A stretch of 63,996 nucleotides of DNA, filler included, from an uncultured bacterium (GTDB lineage: Bacteria; CAYJOG01): NCBI GenBank assembly GCA_964371695.1. It is 23 parts of 23 records of this genome, joined end to end, with 100 filler letters (N's around TTAATTAATTAA, not from the genome) between each part and the next. Parts side by side here need not be neighbours in the genome. Positions count along the whole stretch, not along the records: positions 1 to 2,773 come from CAYJOG010000463.1; positions 2,874 to 5,644 come from CAYJOG010000464.1; positions 5,745 to 8,512 come from CAYJOG010000465.1; positions 8,613 to 11,379 come from CAYJOG010000466.1; 19 more parts are not named here. One strand, 5' to 3'. This document shows positions 1 to 8,645 of this stretch, piece by piece (within the stretch, counting starts at the first letter, position 1; every line of letters starts with the position of its first letter). The position numbers and the translations under genes are program-made. A model generated the notes under the pieces. It had not been told where the DNA came from, did no database searches, and saw nothing but the letters and a program-made list of their open reading frames with translations.

Positions 1-360
1 CAGGCTGCGGGTGTGCCCGCCCTGTTGGTGGGGGACGGCCTTAACGACGCCGGGGCGCTCAAGGCCGCCCGGGGGGGGGTGGCGGTGCGCTGCGGGGCGG
101 ATCTGGTGCGCGAAGCGGCCCGCGTGCTGGTGCTGGGAGATGACCTGCGGGTTCTGTTGATGCTCAAAAATGCTGGGGGCGTCGCCCGGTCCCGCGTGTG
201 GCTGGCGCTGGGGTGGGTGTTTGTTTATAACCTGGTGGGCGTGGCCTTGGCGCTGGCGGGCTGGCTCAACCCCCTGGTGGCCGCGCTGATGATGGTGATG
301 AGCAGCGCCACACTCACGGTGGGCAGCCTGCTGTCGGGATTATCGCTGGAGGAAACGTAA
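1..360 (+). CDS. Heavy-metal-translocating P1B-type ATPase, C-terminal fragment
   Basis: GDGLND hinge motif followed by two C-terminal TM helices (YNLVGVALA...LNPLVAALMMVMSS); 5' truncated. Confidence 0.85.
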   Translation, partial: QAAGVPALLVGDGLNDAGALKAARGGVAVRCGADLVREAARVLVLGDDLRVLLMLKNAGGVARSRVWLALGWVFVYNLVGVALALAGWLNPLVAALMMVMSSATLTVGSLLSGLSLEET

Positions 361-402
361 ACACCACCTGACAAAAACAAATGGCGCGATTAAGATGCCT
401 TG

Positions 403-747
403 GTGGAAGAACACCGGATTTTTTACCGCCTGAACGAGCCGTTTACCCTGCGTTTTGAACTGGGGACGGAGACCCACACCGCCAAGGGAAAGGATCTTTC
501 CGGCGGCGGGGCGCGGTTCTGCTTTTCGCAACCCATGCCGCTGGATGAAGTGGTGGCGCTGGTGCTGGTGTTGAGTGAAGACGCCGCGCCGGTTCGGTGT
601 CAGGCAAAAGTGGTGTCGTGTCTGCCGGGTGAAGAAACCGGACGGTTTGATGTGGGGCTGACTTTTCTGGACCTCACCGCACGGGACCGGGACCGCCTGC
701 TCACCCACATTGGTCAAAAGCGCCAGCAGTCTCTGGAGAATAACTGA
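403..747 (+). CDS. PilZ domain protein (c-di-GMP receptor)
   Basis: RxxxR (RIFYR) and DxSxGG (DLSGGG) motifs; GTG start 6 nt after a TAAGAT -10 box. Confidence 0.8.
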   Translation: MEEHRIFYRLNEPFTLRFELGTETHTAKGKDLSGGGARFCFSQPMPLDEVVALVLVLSEDAAPVRCQAKVVSCLPGEETGRFDVGLTFLDLTARDRDRLLTHIGQKRQQSLENN

Positions 748-750
748 CGG

Positions 751-2709
751 GTGGAGCAGGCCCGTGCCCATAAAGCCCTGTGGGGCTTGCTGCTGGTTGT
801 GGTGGCGCTGTCGCTGGCTTTGGCTGGATCGGTGTTGAGGTCGCGTTATCAGTTCGAGCAAAAGCAGAACAGGGTGGCGCTGGTGCTGGATTACGCCACG
901 GTGGCGCGGCTGGCGCGGCTCACCGGCGAGCGCCCCGGCGACTGGCTGCGGCGCGCCCATGGGTGGGGTTACCGCGACCTGGCCATAGAAGAAGACACGC
1001 TGGAATCCCTGGAAAGCCAGGGACGGCTTCAGGTGCAGCGGGGTGCGGAAATGCTGGCGTTCCGCAACCTGGGGGTGTGGATGGACAACCACCCCATTGA
1101 CCCGGAGCGTTTGTATCTGGTGAGCGGCGATGGTGAGTTGCTGGACCGGATTGAGGAGGGCTTCCGCCTGCGGTTTCTTGCAAGCTGGCAGCGTTTTCTG
1201 GTGCGCACACCGGCGGGGGAAACCTTTCAGGTGCTGGAGACCCCCGCCTCGCTGGGTGAGAACGCCATCAAAATAGGGGTGGGGTTTGGCAAAGCGTCCA
1301 TCCCCCGCGCCGCCCGGCGCTTTCGCCTGTTCCCCCGGTTCAACAACACGCTTTCCACGCCCGACCTGCTGGCCTGGAAGCTGCAAACCCTGCGCACGGT
1401 GCGTCCGGCGGGCTGCCTGATTTTCAGCGGTGTGGAGGTGCCGGGGTTTCCCGGTGAAATCAGGGAATCTGCCGATTTGCTGGGCACGCTGCCCCAGGGT
1501 GTGTGTCTTGCCGAGCAGGCCGAGATGGACGGCCTGGACCAGTTCAAGGCCATGTATCCCCAGGCCCGCAAGCTGCACACCATCGCCGAAGAAGAAATGA
1601 AGAAGTTTTCTCACGGCAAGTTTGTGCAGCGGTTTGTGCGGGCGGCACGCGAGCGCAACGTGCGGGTGCTTTATGTGCGCCCCGTGCTGTTTGCGCCCAA
1701 AGACCAGTTGCTGGGGCTGAACCGCCGTTATCTCAAGGCCATTGTGGGCGGTCTCAAATCGGAAGGCCTGAGGGTGGGCCCCCCCAGCCCGTTTGAAGGT
1801 TTCACCCCAGACGCCACGGCCCAGCGCATGATGCTGGCGGGGCTGCTTTGCCTGTGTGGTGTGTGGCTGATGCTGCTCGCGCCTTTTGCGTGGCGTGTGC
1901 TGGTGGGGGCCGGTGTGCTGGCCGGTGCGCTGGTGATGGGGGGGCTGGCCGGGGGGCTGAATGTCCGGCTTTTGCTGGGACTGCTGGCGGTGACGGCGGC
2001 GGGGACGTTGCCCATTATGGCCCTGGCGCGCCAGCGGTGGTGGGGATGGGGCCGGGGTGTGCCGGGGGCCGTGGCCGCCTGGGTGCTGGTGAGCGCCACC
2101 AGTCTCGCGGCGGGCCTGCTCACGGCGGGAACCTTCAGCAGCGCCGAGGCCATGACCGGTGTGTTTGTGTTCAAGGGCATCAAGCTGGCGTTGTTTGCGC
2201 CCCTGGGGTTGGTGGCGCTGGGCTGGATGTTCCAGCCCGACCCTGAAACCACGTCGGGCTCTCCTTTTCTGAAATTTTTGTCGTCGCCGCCCACCCGCGG
2301 TGAATTGCTGGGGGCGTTGTTGCTGGCGGGGGCGGGGGCGCTGCTGGTGCTGCGGTCGGGCAACGAAAGCGGCGCCACCACCGGTTTTGAACTGGCGGCG
2401 CGCGATTCGCTGGAAATGTTCTGGGGTGTGCGGCCCCGCACCAAAGAGTTTCTGGTGGGTCACCCGGCGTTGTTGCTGGGGCTGTGGCTGGTGCAGAAGG
2501 ACCGGCGATCCATGGTGGCCTGGGGCCTGCTGGCCCTGGGCGCGGCGGGTCAGGCCAGCCTCATCAACACCTTCTGCCATTTTCACACCCCCATCAATCT
2601 GAGCCTGTGGCGGGGCCTGCTGGGTCTGGGGTTGGGTGGGGGAATCGGTTTGTTGCTGGTGGCGACGCTGGCGGGGCTGGAAAAAATGTGGGAGAAAAAA
2701 GTTGGCTGA
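751..2709 (+). CDS. DUF5693-family membrane protein
   Basis: RAARERNVRVLYVRP, FKGIKLAL, RPRTKEFLVGHP and SLINTFCHFHTP motifs; adjacent to a csaB-like gene, the usual context. Confidence 0.8.
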   Translation: MEQARAHKALWGLLLVVVALSLALAGSVLRSRYQFEQKQNRVALVLDYATVARLARLTGERPGDWLRRAHGWGYRDLAIEEDTLESLESQGRLQVQRGAEMLAFRNLGVWMDNHPIDPERLYLVSGDGELLDRIEEGFRLRFLASWQRFLVRTPAGETFQVLETPASLGENAIKIGVGFGKASIPRAARRFRLFPRFNNTLSTPDLLAWKLQTLRTVRPAGCLIFSGVEVPGFPGEIRESADLLGTLPQGVCLAEQAEMDGLDQFKAMYPQARKLHTIAEEEMKKFSHGKFVQRFVRAARERNVRVLYVRPVLFAPKDQLLGLNRRYLKAIVGGLKSEGLRVGPPSPFEGFTPDATAQRMMLAGLLCLCGVWLMLLAPFAWRVLVGAGVLAGALVMGGLAGGLNVRLLLGLLAVTAAGTLPIMALARQRWWGWGRGVPGAVAAWVLVSATSLAAGLLTAGTFSSAEAMTGVFVFKGIKLALFAPLGLVALGWMFQPDPETTSGSPFLKFLSSPPTRGELLGALLLAGAGALLVLRSGNESGATTGFELAARDSLEMFWGVRPRTKEFLVGHPALLLGLWLVQKDRRSMVAWGLLALGAAGQASLINTFCHFHTPINLSLWRGLLGLGLGGGIGLLLVATLAGLEKMWEKKVG

Positions 2710-2773
2710 ACGGCGTGGTCTGGCGCTGATTGGTTATTTTGGCGCGGGCAATTTTGGTGATGACCTGCTGCTC
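2702..2773 (+). CDS. csaB: Polysaccharide pyruvyl transferase CsaB-like, N-terminal fragment
   Basis: IGYFGAGNFGDDLLL matches the N-terminal GYYGxGNxGDE motif; overlaps the DUF5693 stop; cut by contig end. Confidence 0.7.
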
Positions 2774-2873
2774 NNNNNNNNNNNNNNNNNNNNNNNNNNN
2801 NNNNNNNNNNNNNNNNNTTAATTAATTAANNNNNNNNNNNNNNNNNNNNNNNNNNNNNNNNNNNNNNNNNNNN
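2774..2873. other. Artificial contig spacer N44-TTAATTAATTAA-N44 (first of 22)
   Basis: Same 100-nt six-frame-stop linker also starts at 5645, 8513, 11380, 14243, 17081, 19904, 22726, 25534, 28333, 31130, 33924, 36718, 39501, 42276, 45049, 47811, 50567, 53323, 56055, 58783 and 61500; contig lengths decrease along the window. Confidence 0.99.
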
Positions 2874-3174
2874 CTATTACACCTTTGACGTGGGGTTTTA
2901 TTTTTTGCGTTTCGCCAACCTGGAGGAAGTGCTGGAGGCTGTGCGGGAAAAGGCCACGTCCCTGCAGGAGTTTCTGGAGGCCATTCGGATTCTGGAAGAA
3001 GAAAATCCCGGCCAGTGGCCCTTTGCTTATTCTGCCTTGGCGGCGCGGGGGCGCATGTTGGCCGAAACCAACCTGCGGTGGTATGACGATGTGAAGGGCG
3101 AAATCGAACGACGCATTCAGAAGAAAAAATCCGGCCCGGGCAAATCCCGGCGGCAAGAGGAGGCCCTGGGATGA
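2874..3174 (+). CDS. Probable PadR-family regulator, C-terminal fragment
   Basis: Helical C-terminal domain (YTFDVGFYFLRF...LAARGRMLAETNLRWYDDV) resembling PadR C-termini; ATGA overlap with the next gene. Confidence 0.5.
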
Positions 3175-3968
3175 GCCAGGAAGAACTGAACCTGCAAGAC
3201 TGGAAAATACGCGAAGAAGGCATGGTGGCCATTCTCACACTGGACCGCCCGAACGATGCCAACGCCATCCGCGCCCAGACCACCGGCGAACTGGACAAGC
3301 TGCTGGACCTGTGCGAAAGCCGCAGGGACATCCGCGCCATCGTCATCACCGGCGGCGGCGAAAAAATCTTCTGCGCCGGCGCGGACCTCAAGGCCGGTTT
3401 TGGCGGCGGAGCAGATGCCTCGGCGTTGATTGAAAAGGGCCAGAACACGCTCACCCGCCTGGAGCGCATGGGCAAACCCGTGGTGTGCGCGCTCAACGGC
3501 CACGCCACCGGCGGCGGTTGCGAAATCGCCCTGGCGTGCCATTTCCGCTTCATGAAAAAGGGCGCAAAAATGGGCCTGACCGAAAGCAACCTGGGGCTGA
3601 TTCCGGGTTATGGCGGCACCCAGCGCCTGGCGCGTCTACTGCCCCGGCCACTGGCGCTCAAGCTCATGCTGCTGGGCACCCTGCTCATCGCCGAACAATG
3701 GGTGGAACTGGGCGTGGTACAGGAAGTGTTTGACAGCCCGGATGAAGTGCGCGAAGCCGCCATCCGGTTTGCCGCCGAACTGGCCGAGCGCCCGCCTCTG
3801 GCGGTGAAGGGCATTATCGACAGCGTGTATGGCGGTGTGGACGAAACCATGAACGAGGGCCTGAAACGTGAGCGGGAAAACTTTTTGCCGCTGGTGAGCA
3901 GCAAAGACGTGGCCGAGGGCATCGGTGCGTTTTTCATGAAGCGCAAACCCAACTTCAAGGGTGAGTAA
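3171..3968 (+). CDS. Enoyl-CoA hydratase/isomerase (crotonase) family
   Basis: FCAGADL, ALNGHATGGGCEIALAC and GLIPGYGGTQRL motifs. Confidence 0.95.
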   Translation: MSQEELNLQDWKIREEGMVAILTLDRPNDANAIRAQTTGELDKLLDLCESRRDIRAIVITGGGEKIFCAGADLKAGFGGGADASALIEKGQNTLTRLERMGKPVVCALNGHATGGGCEIALACHFRFMKKGAKMGLTESNLGLIPGYGGTQRLARLLPRPLALKLMLLGTLLIAEQWVELGVVQEVFDSPDEVREAAIRFAAELAERPPLAVKGIIDSVYGGVDETMNEGLKRERENFLPLVSSKDVAEGIGAFFMKRKPNFKGE

Positions 3969-4039
3969 AAAAACGGAGCATTGACGGCGGCGCGGGCCAA
4001 ACCCGCCCGTCCACAAAATCAACCATCAAGGAGAACCAC

Positions 4040-4792
4040 ATGGATTTCGGCATTGCAGGAAAAACCGCCATCGTCACCGGCGCCGCCCGTGGCCTGGGGC
4101 GAGAAGACGCCCTCAAGCTCGCTGGCGAAGGCGTGAACGTGGCCGTGATTGACCTCAACGAAAAGGGCGCGATTCAGACCGCCGAGGACGTGGCCAAGCT
4201 GGGCGTGAAAGCCGTCGCCTACAAGCTGGACATCAGCGACCGCAAGGCGGTGAAGGAAATCGTGGCCAAGGTGGCGGAAGACCTGGGCGCGCCCACCATT
4301 CTGGTGAACAACGCCTCGGTGCTCATGAACGTGAGCCAGGTCAAGAGCATGAACGACGACATGTTCGACCTGGACCTGAAAGTAAACCTGGGTGGCACCT
4401 ACAACGTGACCAAAGCCGTGCTGCCCCACATGATTGCGGCCAACTGGGGCCGCGTGGTGAGCATGTCCAGCGTGGCGGGCACCATGGGTGGTTTTGGTCA
4501 GGCGGGTTACAGCGCCACCAAAATGGGCACCATCGGTCTGGCGAAAACCGTGGCGCTGGAAGGTGCGAAATACAACATCACCAGCAACGCGATTGTGCCG
4601 GGCATCATCGGCACCGACATTCTCAAAATGAGTCCGCTTCTGGACCGCATGCGCAAGCGCGTGGCCTTGGGCAAAGAGGGCGACCCCGAAGACATCGCCA
4701 ACACCGTGGTGTTCCTGTGCAGCCAGCAGGCCAAATACATTACCGGCGCGGCCATTCATGTCACGGGCGGGCTTGACCTGTTCACCTTCTAG
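4040..4792 (+). CDS. SDR oxidoreductase (FabG-like)
   Basis: TGAARGLG, NNA and YSATK motifs; SD AAGGAG upstream. Confidence 0.93.
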   Translation: MDFGIAGKTAIVTGAARGLGREDALKLAGEGVNVAVIDLNEKGAIQTAEDVAKLGVKAVAYKLDISDRKAVKEIVAKVAEDLGAPTILVNNASVLMNVSQVKSMNDDMFDLDLKVNLGGTYNVTKAVLPHMIAANWGRVVSMSSVAGTMGGFGQAGYSATKMGTIGLAKTVALEGAKYNITSNAIVPGIIGTDILKMSPLLDRMRKRVALGKEGDPEDIANTVVFLCSQQAKYITGAAIHVTGGLDLFTF

Positions 4793-4854
4793 GCAGTTTG
4801 ATTTCTTATTCAGATAAGAAAGGAGACGGGGTAACCAGGCAAAAAAACCGACCG

Positions 4855-5037
4855 GCTTTATATTGGGTTCGCCGGTTTCATCCGTGAAACCTTGCGAACA
4901 ACGCCGCACGGTCCAGCCCAACCCCAAAACCGGCTTTTGCCCAGTGGTTTTTTCTTTCAAAAAGGGCATAGGGCCATCGCCAGCCGGGCTGAACCGGCGG
5001 CGGAAACGGCCATCCCTGGCCTCTCGGCCACGGGTGC
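4855..5037 (-). repeat. 183-nt structured intergenic element, family C copy 1
   Basis: Reverse complement aligns end to end with 51087-51269; two hairpins with CAGGGATG and CACGGATG loops. Confidence 0.85.
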
Positions 5038-5135
5038 TACAAAGCAAGCGGGCGGCCCCAAAATGTTCTAGGCTCTTGCCCCCCACCACTCACCGGAATC
5101 AACCGCATCAGCGGAAAAAAACCAAGGAGGCTCCC

Positions 5136-5465
5136 ATGAGCGTCGATGAAGTAAAGAAGTTTTTTGTAGAAGACCTGCCCGCCCGTCTGAATGATCCTTC
5201 CAAATATGAAGGCATCAACAGCACCTATCAGTTCAATATCGAAGGTGCGGGACACTGGCATGTGACCGTGGCCGACGGCCAGCCCGTGGAAATCGGCGAA
5301 GGCCACCACGACAGCAGCCACGTGGTGATCGATGCCGACGCCGACACCTGGGCGTCCATCGTGAAAAAAGAGCTGAATCCCCAGATGGCCTTCATGCAGC
5401 AGCAGCTGCGCATTGACGGCAACATGGGCCTGGCCATGAAACTCCAGACCTTTCTGGAAGACTGA
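5136..5465 (+). CDS. SCP2 sterol-binding domain protein
   Basis: LNPQMAFMQQQLRIDGNMGLAMKL motif; SD AAGGAGG before ATG 5136. Confidence 0.92.
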   Translation: MSVDEVKKFFVEDLPARLNDPSKYEGINSTYQFNIEGAGHWHVTVADGQPVEIGEGHHDSSHVVIDADADTWASIVKKELNPQMAFMQQQLRIDGNMGLAMKLQTFLED

Positions 5466-5488
5466 GCAACACCTTTCACACCGCAGAC

Positions 5489-5522
5489 AAAACGCCGGGG
5501 CTTTTACCCCGGCGTTTTTTTT
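5489..5522 (+). terminator. Rho-independent terminator
   Basis: AAAACGCCGGGG-CTTTTA-CCCCGGCG followed by a T tract, right after the SCP2 stop. Confidence 0.85.
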
Positions 5523-5592
5523 GTGCGGGGGTGTTGGAAGCTGGAAGGTAGAGGTTGGGAGTTGAGAAAGGAAAAGGCTCAACGCCTCCCGC

Positions 5593-5620
5593 CGTCATTC
5601 CCGCGAAAGCGGGAATCCAG
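5593..5620 (+). repeat. dRS3/REP-like palindromic repeat CGTCATTCCCGCGAAAGCGGGAATCCAG
   Basis: ATTCCC-N8-GGGAAT core; near-identical copies at 25394, 26061 (-) and 28236. Confidence 0.9.
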
Positions 5621-5793
5621 TTGAAACAAAAACAACACACCTTTNNNNNNNNNNNNNNNNNNNNNNNNNNNNNNNNNNNNNNNNNNNNTTAATTAATTAA
5701 NNNNNNNNNNNNNNNNNNNNNNNNNNNNNNNNNNNNNNNNNNNNCTCATGGGCCAGGGGGGCTTGTATTCACAACTGGTGAAGCTGCAAACTG

Positions 5794-7014
5794 GTGAACA
5801 CCGTGACACCATCGGCTGACCCAGAACGCATCGCCCTGGTGCTTTCCGGCGGCGGCGCACGGGGAGCCTTTGAAGCAGGGATGCTCAAATACCTGATCAA
5901 GGACTTCCCCAAAGTGCTGGGAAAACCCGTGCGGTTCGACATTTTCACCGGCACCAGCGTGGGAGCCATCAACGCCTGTTTCCTGGCGGTAAACGCCGAC
6001 CAGGAGGACTACGGCATTGACCAGATGCTGGAGATGTGGAGCACCCTGCAACTGCCCAGCGTGTTTCATTTTGGTTTTGACGACATTCGCCGCCTGCCCG
6101 CCTGGGCCCTGGGCAAGGCCCCGCTCAAAAACAGCGCCCTCCTGGACAGCACCCCCTTGCGGGAACTGGTGGAAAACGCCGTGCCCTGGGACAATCTGGA
6201 AGACCACCTGCAAAAGGGCCATCTGCACGGCCTCACCGTGACCGCCACCGATCTGGTGAGCGGCTCCTCGGTCATCTACACCCACCAGAAAAACCATCAG
6301 GCCCTGCCCGCAGGCAGCGACCCCTATTGTGTGAGTTTCGCCGCGCACATCGGCCCGCAACACGCACTGGCCAGCGCGGCGATCCCCATTCTGTTTCCGC
6401 CCGTCAAAGTGGATGGCCGACTGTTGGTGGATGGCGGCGTGCGCATGAACACGCCGATTTCGCCCGCACTGCGTCTGGGGGCAGACCGCGTGCTGGTAAT
6501 CAGCCTGCGCCCGCCCTCTCCCACACTGGCCATGACGGCCCCCTTTGGCGAAACCAGCGTCAACCCCAACCTGCCCTATCTGCTGGGCAAAAACCTGAGC
6601 GCGCTGATGATGGACCGCCTCACCTATGACATCGAGCGGCTCAACCGCATCAACGTCATGATCCGCCATGGCCAGAAGGTGTTTGGCCCGGATTTTCTGG
6701 ACCGCCTGAACGAATCCATCGAGCCGTTCCGCGGCACCGCCTATCGGGTGGTGGAAGAACTCATGCTGGGGCCGAGCACGGACATCAGCGCACTGGCCAT
6801 CACCGTGCTCAAAGAAAGGCAAAAAGATTTCAAGGGCATGCCCGCCCGCGTGCTGAAGGCGCTGATGGACATGGGCACACTGGCGGAATCGGACCTGATG
6901 AGTTATCTGCTGTTTGACGGGGCTTATACCCGCGAACTCATTGACCAGGGCTATGCCGACGCCAAGCGTTTTGAAGACGAGTTGTATCTGTTTTTCACCG
7001 GCAATATCCGGTGA
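5794..7014 (+). CDS. Patatin-like phospholipase
   Basis: GGGARG, GTSVG nucleophile elbow and DGG motifs. Confidence 0.93.
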   Translation: MNTVTPSADPERIALVLSGGGARGAFEAGMLKYLIKDFPKVLGKPVRFDIFTGTSVGAINACFLAVNADQEDYGIDQMLEMWSTLQLPSVFHFGFDDIRRLPAWALGKAPLKNSALLDSTPLRELVENAVPWDNLEDHLQKGHLHGLTVTATDLVSGSSVIYTHQKNHQALPAGSDPYCVSFAAHIGPQHALASAAIPILFPPVKVDGRLLVDGGVRMNTPISPALRLGADRVLVISLRPPSPTLAMTAPFGETSVNPNLPYLLGKNLSALMMDRLTYDIERLNRINVMIRHGQKVFGPDFLDRLNESIEPFRGTAYRVVEELMLGPSTDISALAITVLKERQKDFKGMPARVLKALMDMGTLAESDLMSYLLFDGAYTRELIDQGYADAKRFEDELYLFFTGNIR

Positions 7015-7024
7015 TCCAAAAGGG

Positions 7025-7756
7025 TCACCCTCCCAGGCACGTCTTCAGCTCCAGCGCGTCCAGCGGCGCGGCCCCTTCGGCGTCGTTGTCGAAATAAGCG
7101 AACACTTCGCGGCCTTCTTTGGCCCAGGAGTGCATGAGGGCGGCCCGGTCTTTCAGCAGGGCCGTGTCATATCGGCCATAACCGTGATCCGTCGCGCCGT
7201 GAAAACGCAGGTACATGAAATTGCCCAGCAGATGCACCGGGCTGAGTTCCCCCTTCAGGTCCACCACCACCAGGGCGTGGCCGTGCTGACGCAGCAGGTC
7301 ATAGGCTGCCGGGTTGTGCCAGGTGGCGTCACGCAACTCAAAAGCCCCCCGCAGGCCCTTGGGCAGGGCGTGCAGAAAACCAGCCAGGCGCGCTTCGTCA
7401 TACCTGAACTTGGGCGGCACCAGAAAAAGCACCGGCCCCAGCTTTGGCCCGAACAGGGCCAGACGTTCCAGAAAAAGCGGCAGCGTGTTTTCCGGCTCCT
7501 TGAACTTTTTCATGTGGGTGATGTAACGGCTGGCCTTGACACAAAAGATGAAGTTCTCCGGCGTGCTGCTCACCCACTGGCCAATCCTCTCAGGTTTGGG
7601 CAACTGATAAAAGGAATTGTTGATTTCGCTGGTGTGAAAGTGTTGCTGGTACTCCTGCAAAAAAAGACGGCTGGGGCATTTGGCCGGATAAAACGGGCCT
7701 TTCCATTCGCTGTAAAACCAGCCGCTGGTGCCCACGTGGATTTTCTGTTTGTTCAT
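7025..7756 (-). CDS. DUF72 domain protein
   Basis: VGTSGWFYSEWKGPFYP, EINNSFY, KASRYITH and YFDNDAEG motifs. Confidence 0.93.
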   Translation of the reverse strand: MNKQKIHVGTSGWFYSEWKGPFYPAKCPSRLFLQEYQQHFHTSEINNSFYQLPKPERIGQWVSSTPENFIFCVKASRYITHMKKFKEPENTLPLFLERLALFGPKLGPVLFLVPPKFRYDEARLAGFLHALPKGLRGAFELRDATWHNPAAYDLLRQHGHALVVVDLKGELSPVHLLGNFMYLRFHGATDHGYGRYDTALLKDRAALMHSWAKEGREVFAYFDNDAEGAAPLDALELKTCLGG

Positions 7757-8512
7757 GGCGATTTGAACGGCGTGTGGTCGGAATAAAACCCGATGGTGGC
7801 GACCACCGAATGTTTTTCACGCAACGTGAAGTCACGCACAGCCCTGGCCAGCCCCTTGTGCCCCAGGGCGTGACAACTATAGGTGGGCGTGGCCAGAAAA
7901 CCCCGCGCCAGTTTGTGCTCTCCCTGCGCCCCGGCCTCGTAGAGCGCCAACCCATGCCGGATGGCGTGCTCAATGCCCTGGTAATAACACAACTCGAAAT
8001 GCAGGCAGGGCGTGTCTTCATCCGCGCCCCAGTAACGGCCATAGAGATGCCCGCCCTTCTGAAAGTTCAGGGCGGCCCCGGCCACCGCGCCACCCCGCCA
8101 GGCCACCGATATCACCGCCCGGTGGGCATAGGTGTCCCGCATCAGATCAAAAAATTGGGGCGTGAGATAGGCTGCCCCGCCCTTACGATCCACCGTGTTT
8201 TCATAAAACCGGGCCATGGCGCGCCAAACTTCATCGGGGGCTTCGCCCGCCTGAAGGGTTTCAAAGCCCAGGCCCGTCTGGCCCGCCAGCCGCCGCTCGC
8301 GGCGGGTTTCCTTGCGGCGTTTGGTGTTCAGGTCACCCAGAAAATCGTCGAAGTCGCCATAACCCCGGTTGCGCCAGTGAAACTGCAAACCCATGCGGTC
8401 TGTCCAGCCCTGGGCCGTCAACCACTGCTTTTCTTCTTCAGAAACAAACAGCAGGTGTTCGCCGCTGGCCCCCGATTCCCGTGCCCGCGCCCACAAGCCC
8501 GCCAGCAGATGC
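7753..8512 (-). CDS. GNAT/FemAB-like protein (DUF482 type), 5' truncated
   Basis: QFHWRNRGYGDFDDFL, LYGRYWG, LHFELCYYQ and EAGAQGEHKLARGF motifs. Confidence 0.9.
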
Positions 8513-8645
8513 NNNNNNNNNNNNNNNNNNNNNNNNNNNNNNNNNNNNNNNNNNNNTTAATTAATTAANNNNNNNNNNNNNNNNNNNNNNNNNNNNNNNN
8601 NNNNNNNNNNNNGTGCAATACTGCGCAGGGGACCTGCCATAACGC

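Noticed and set aside
340-2586. Long antisense ORFs (e.g. 340-2586, 11537-13324, 33972-35639, 48257-49921, 54163-55950)
   Set aside because: Shadow frames of real genes in high-GC DNA, with no recognisable motifs.
4863-5135. N-terminal extensions in the ORF track (SCP2 from 4863, LptF from 24045, MFS from 30968, 28636, YqeK from 32768)
   Set aside because: These read through repeat elements or upstream genes; better starts with an SD, gene overlap or homology lie downstream.
5533-5577. Degenerate heptamer runs (GGAAGTT/GGAAGCT-like; also ~30999-31025 and ~58594-58625)
   Set aside because: Short, degenerate intergenic simple repeats with no spacer structure; not CRISPR.
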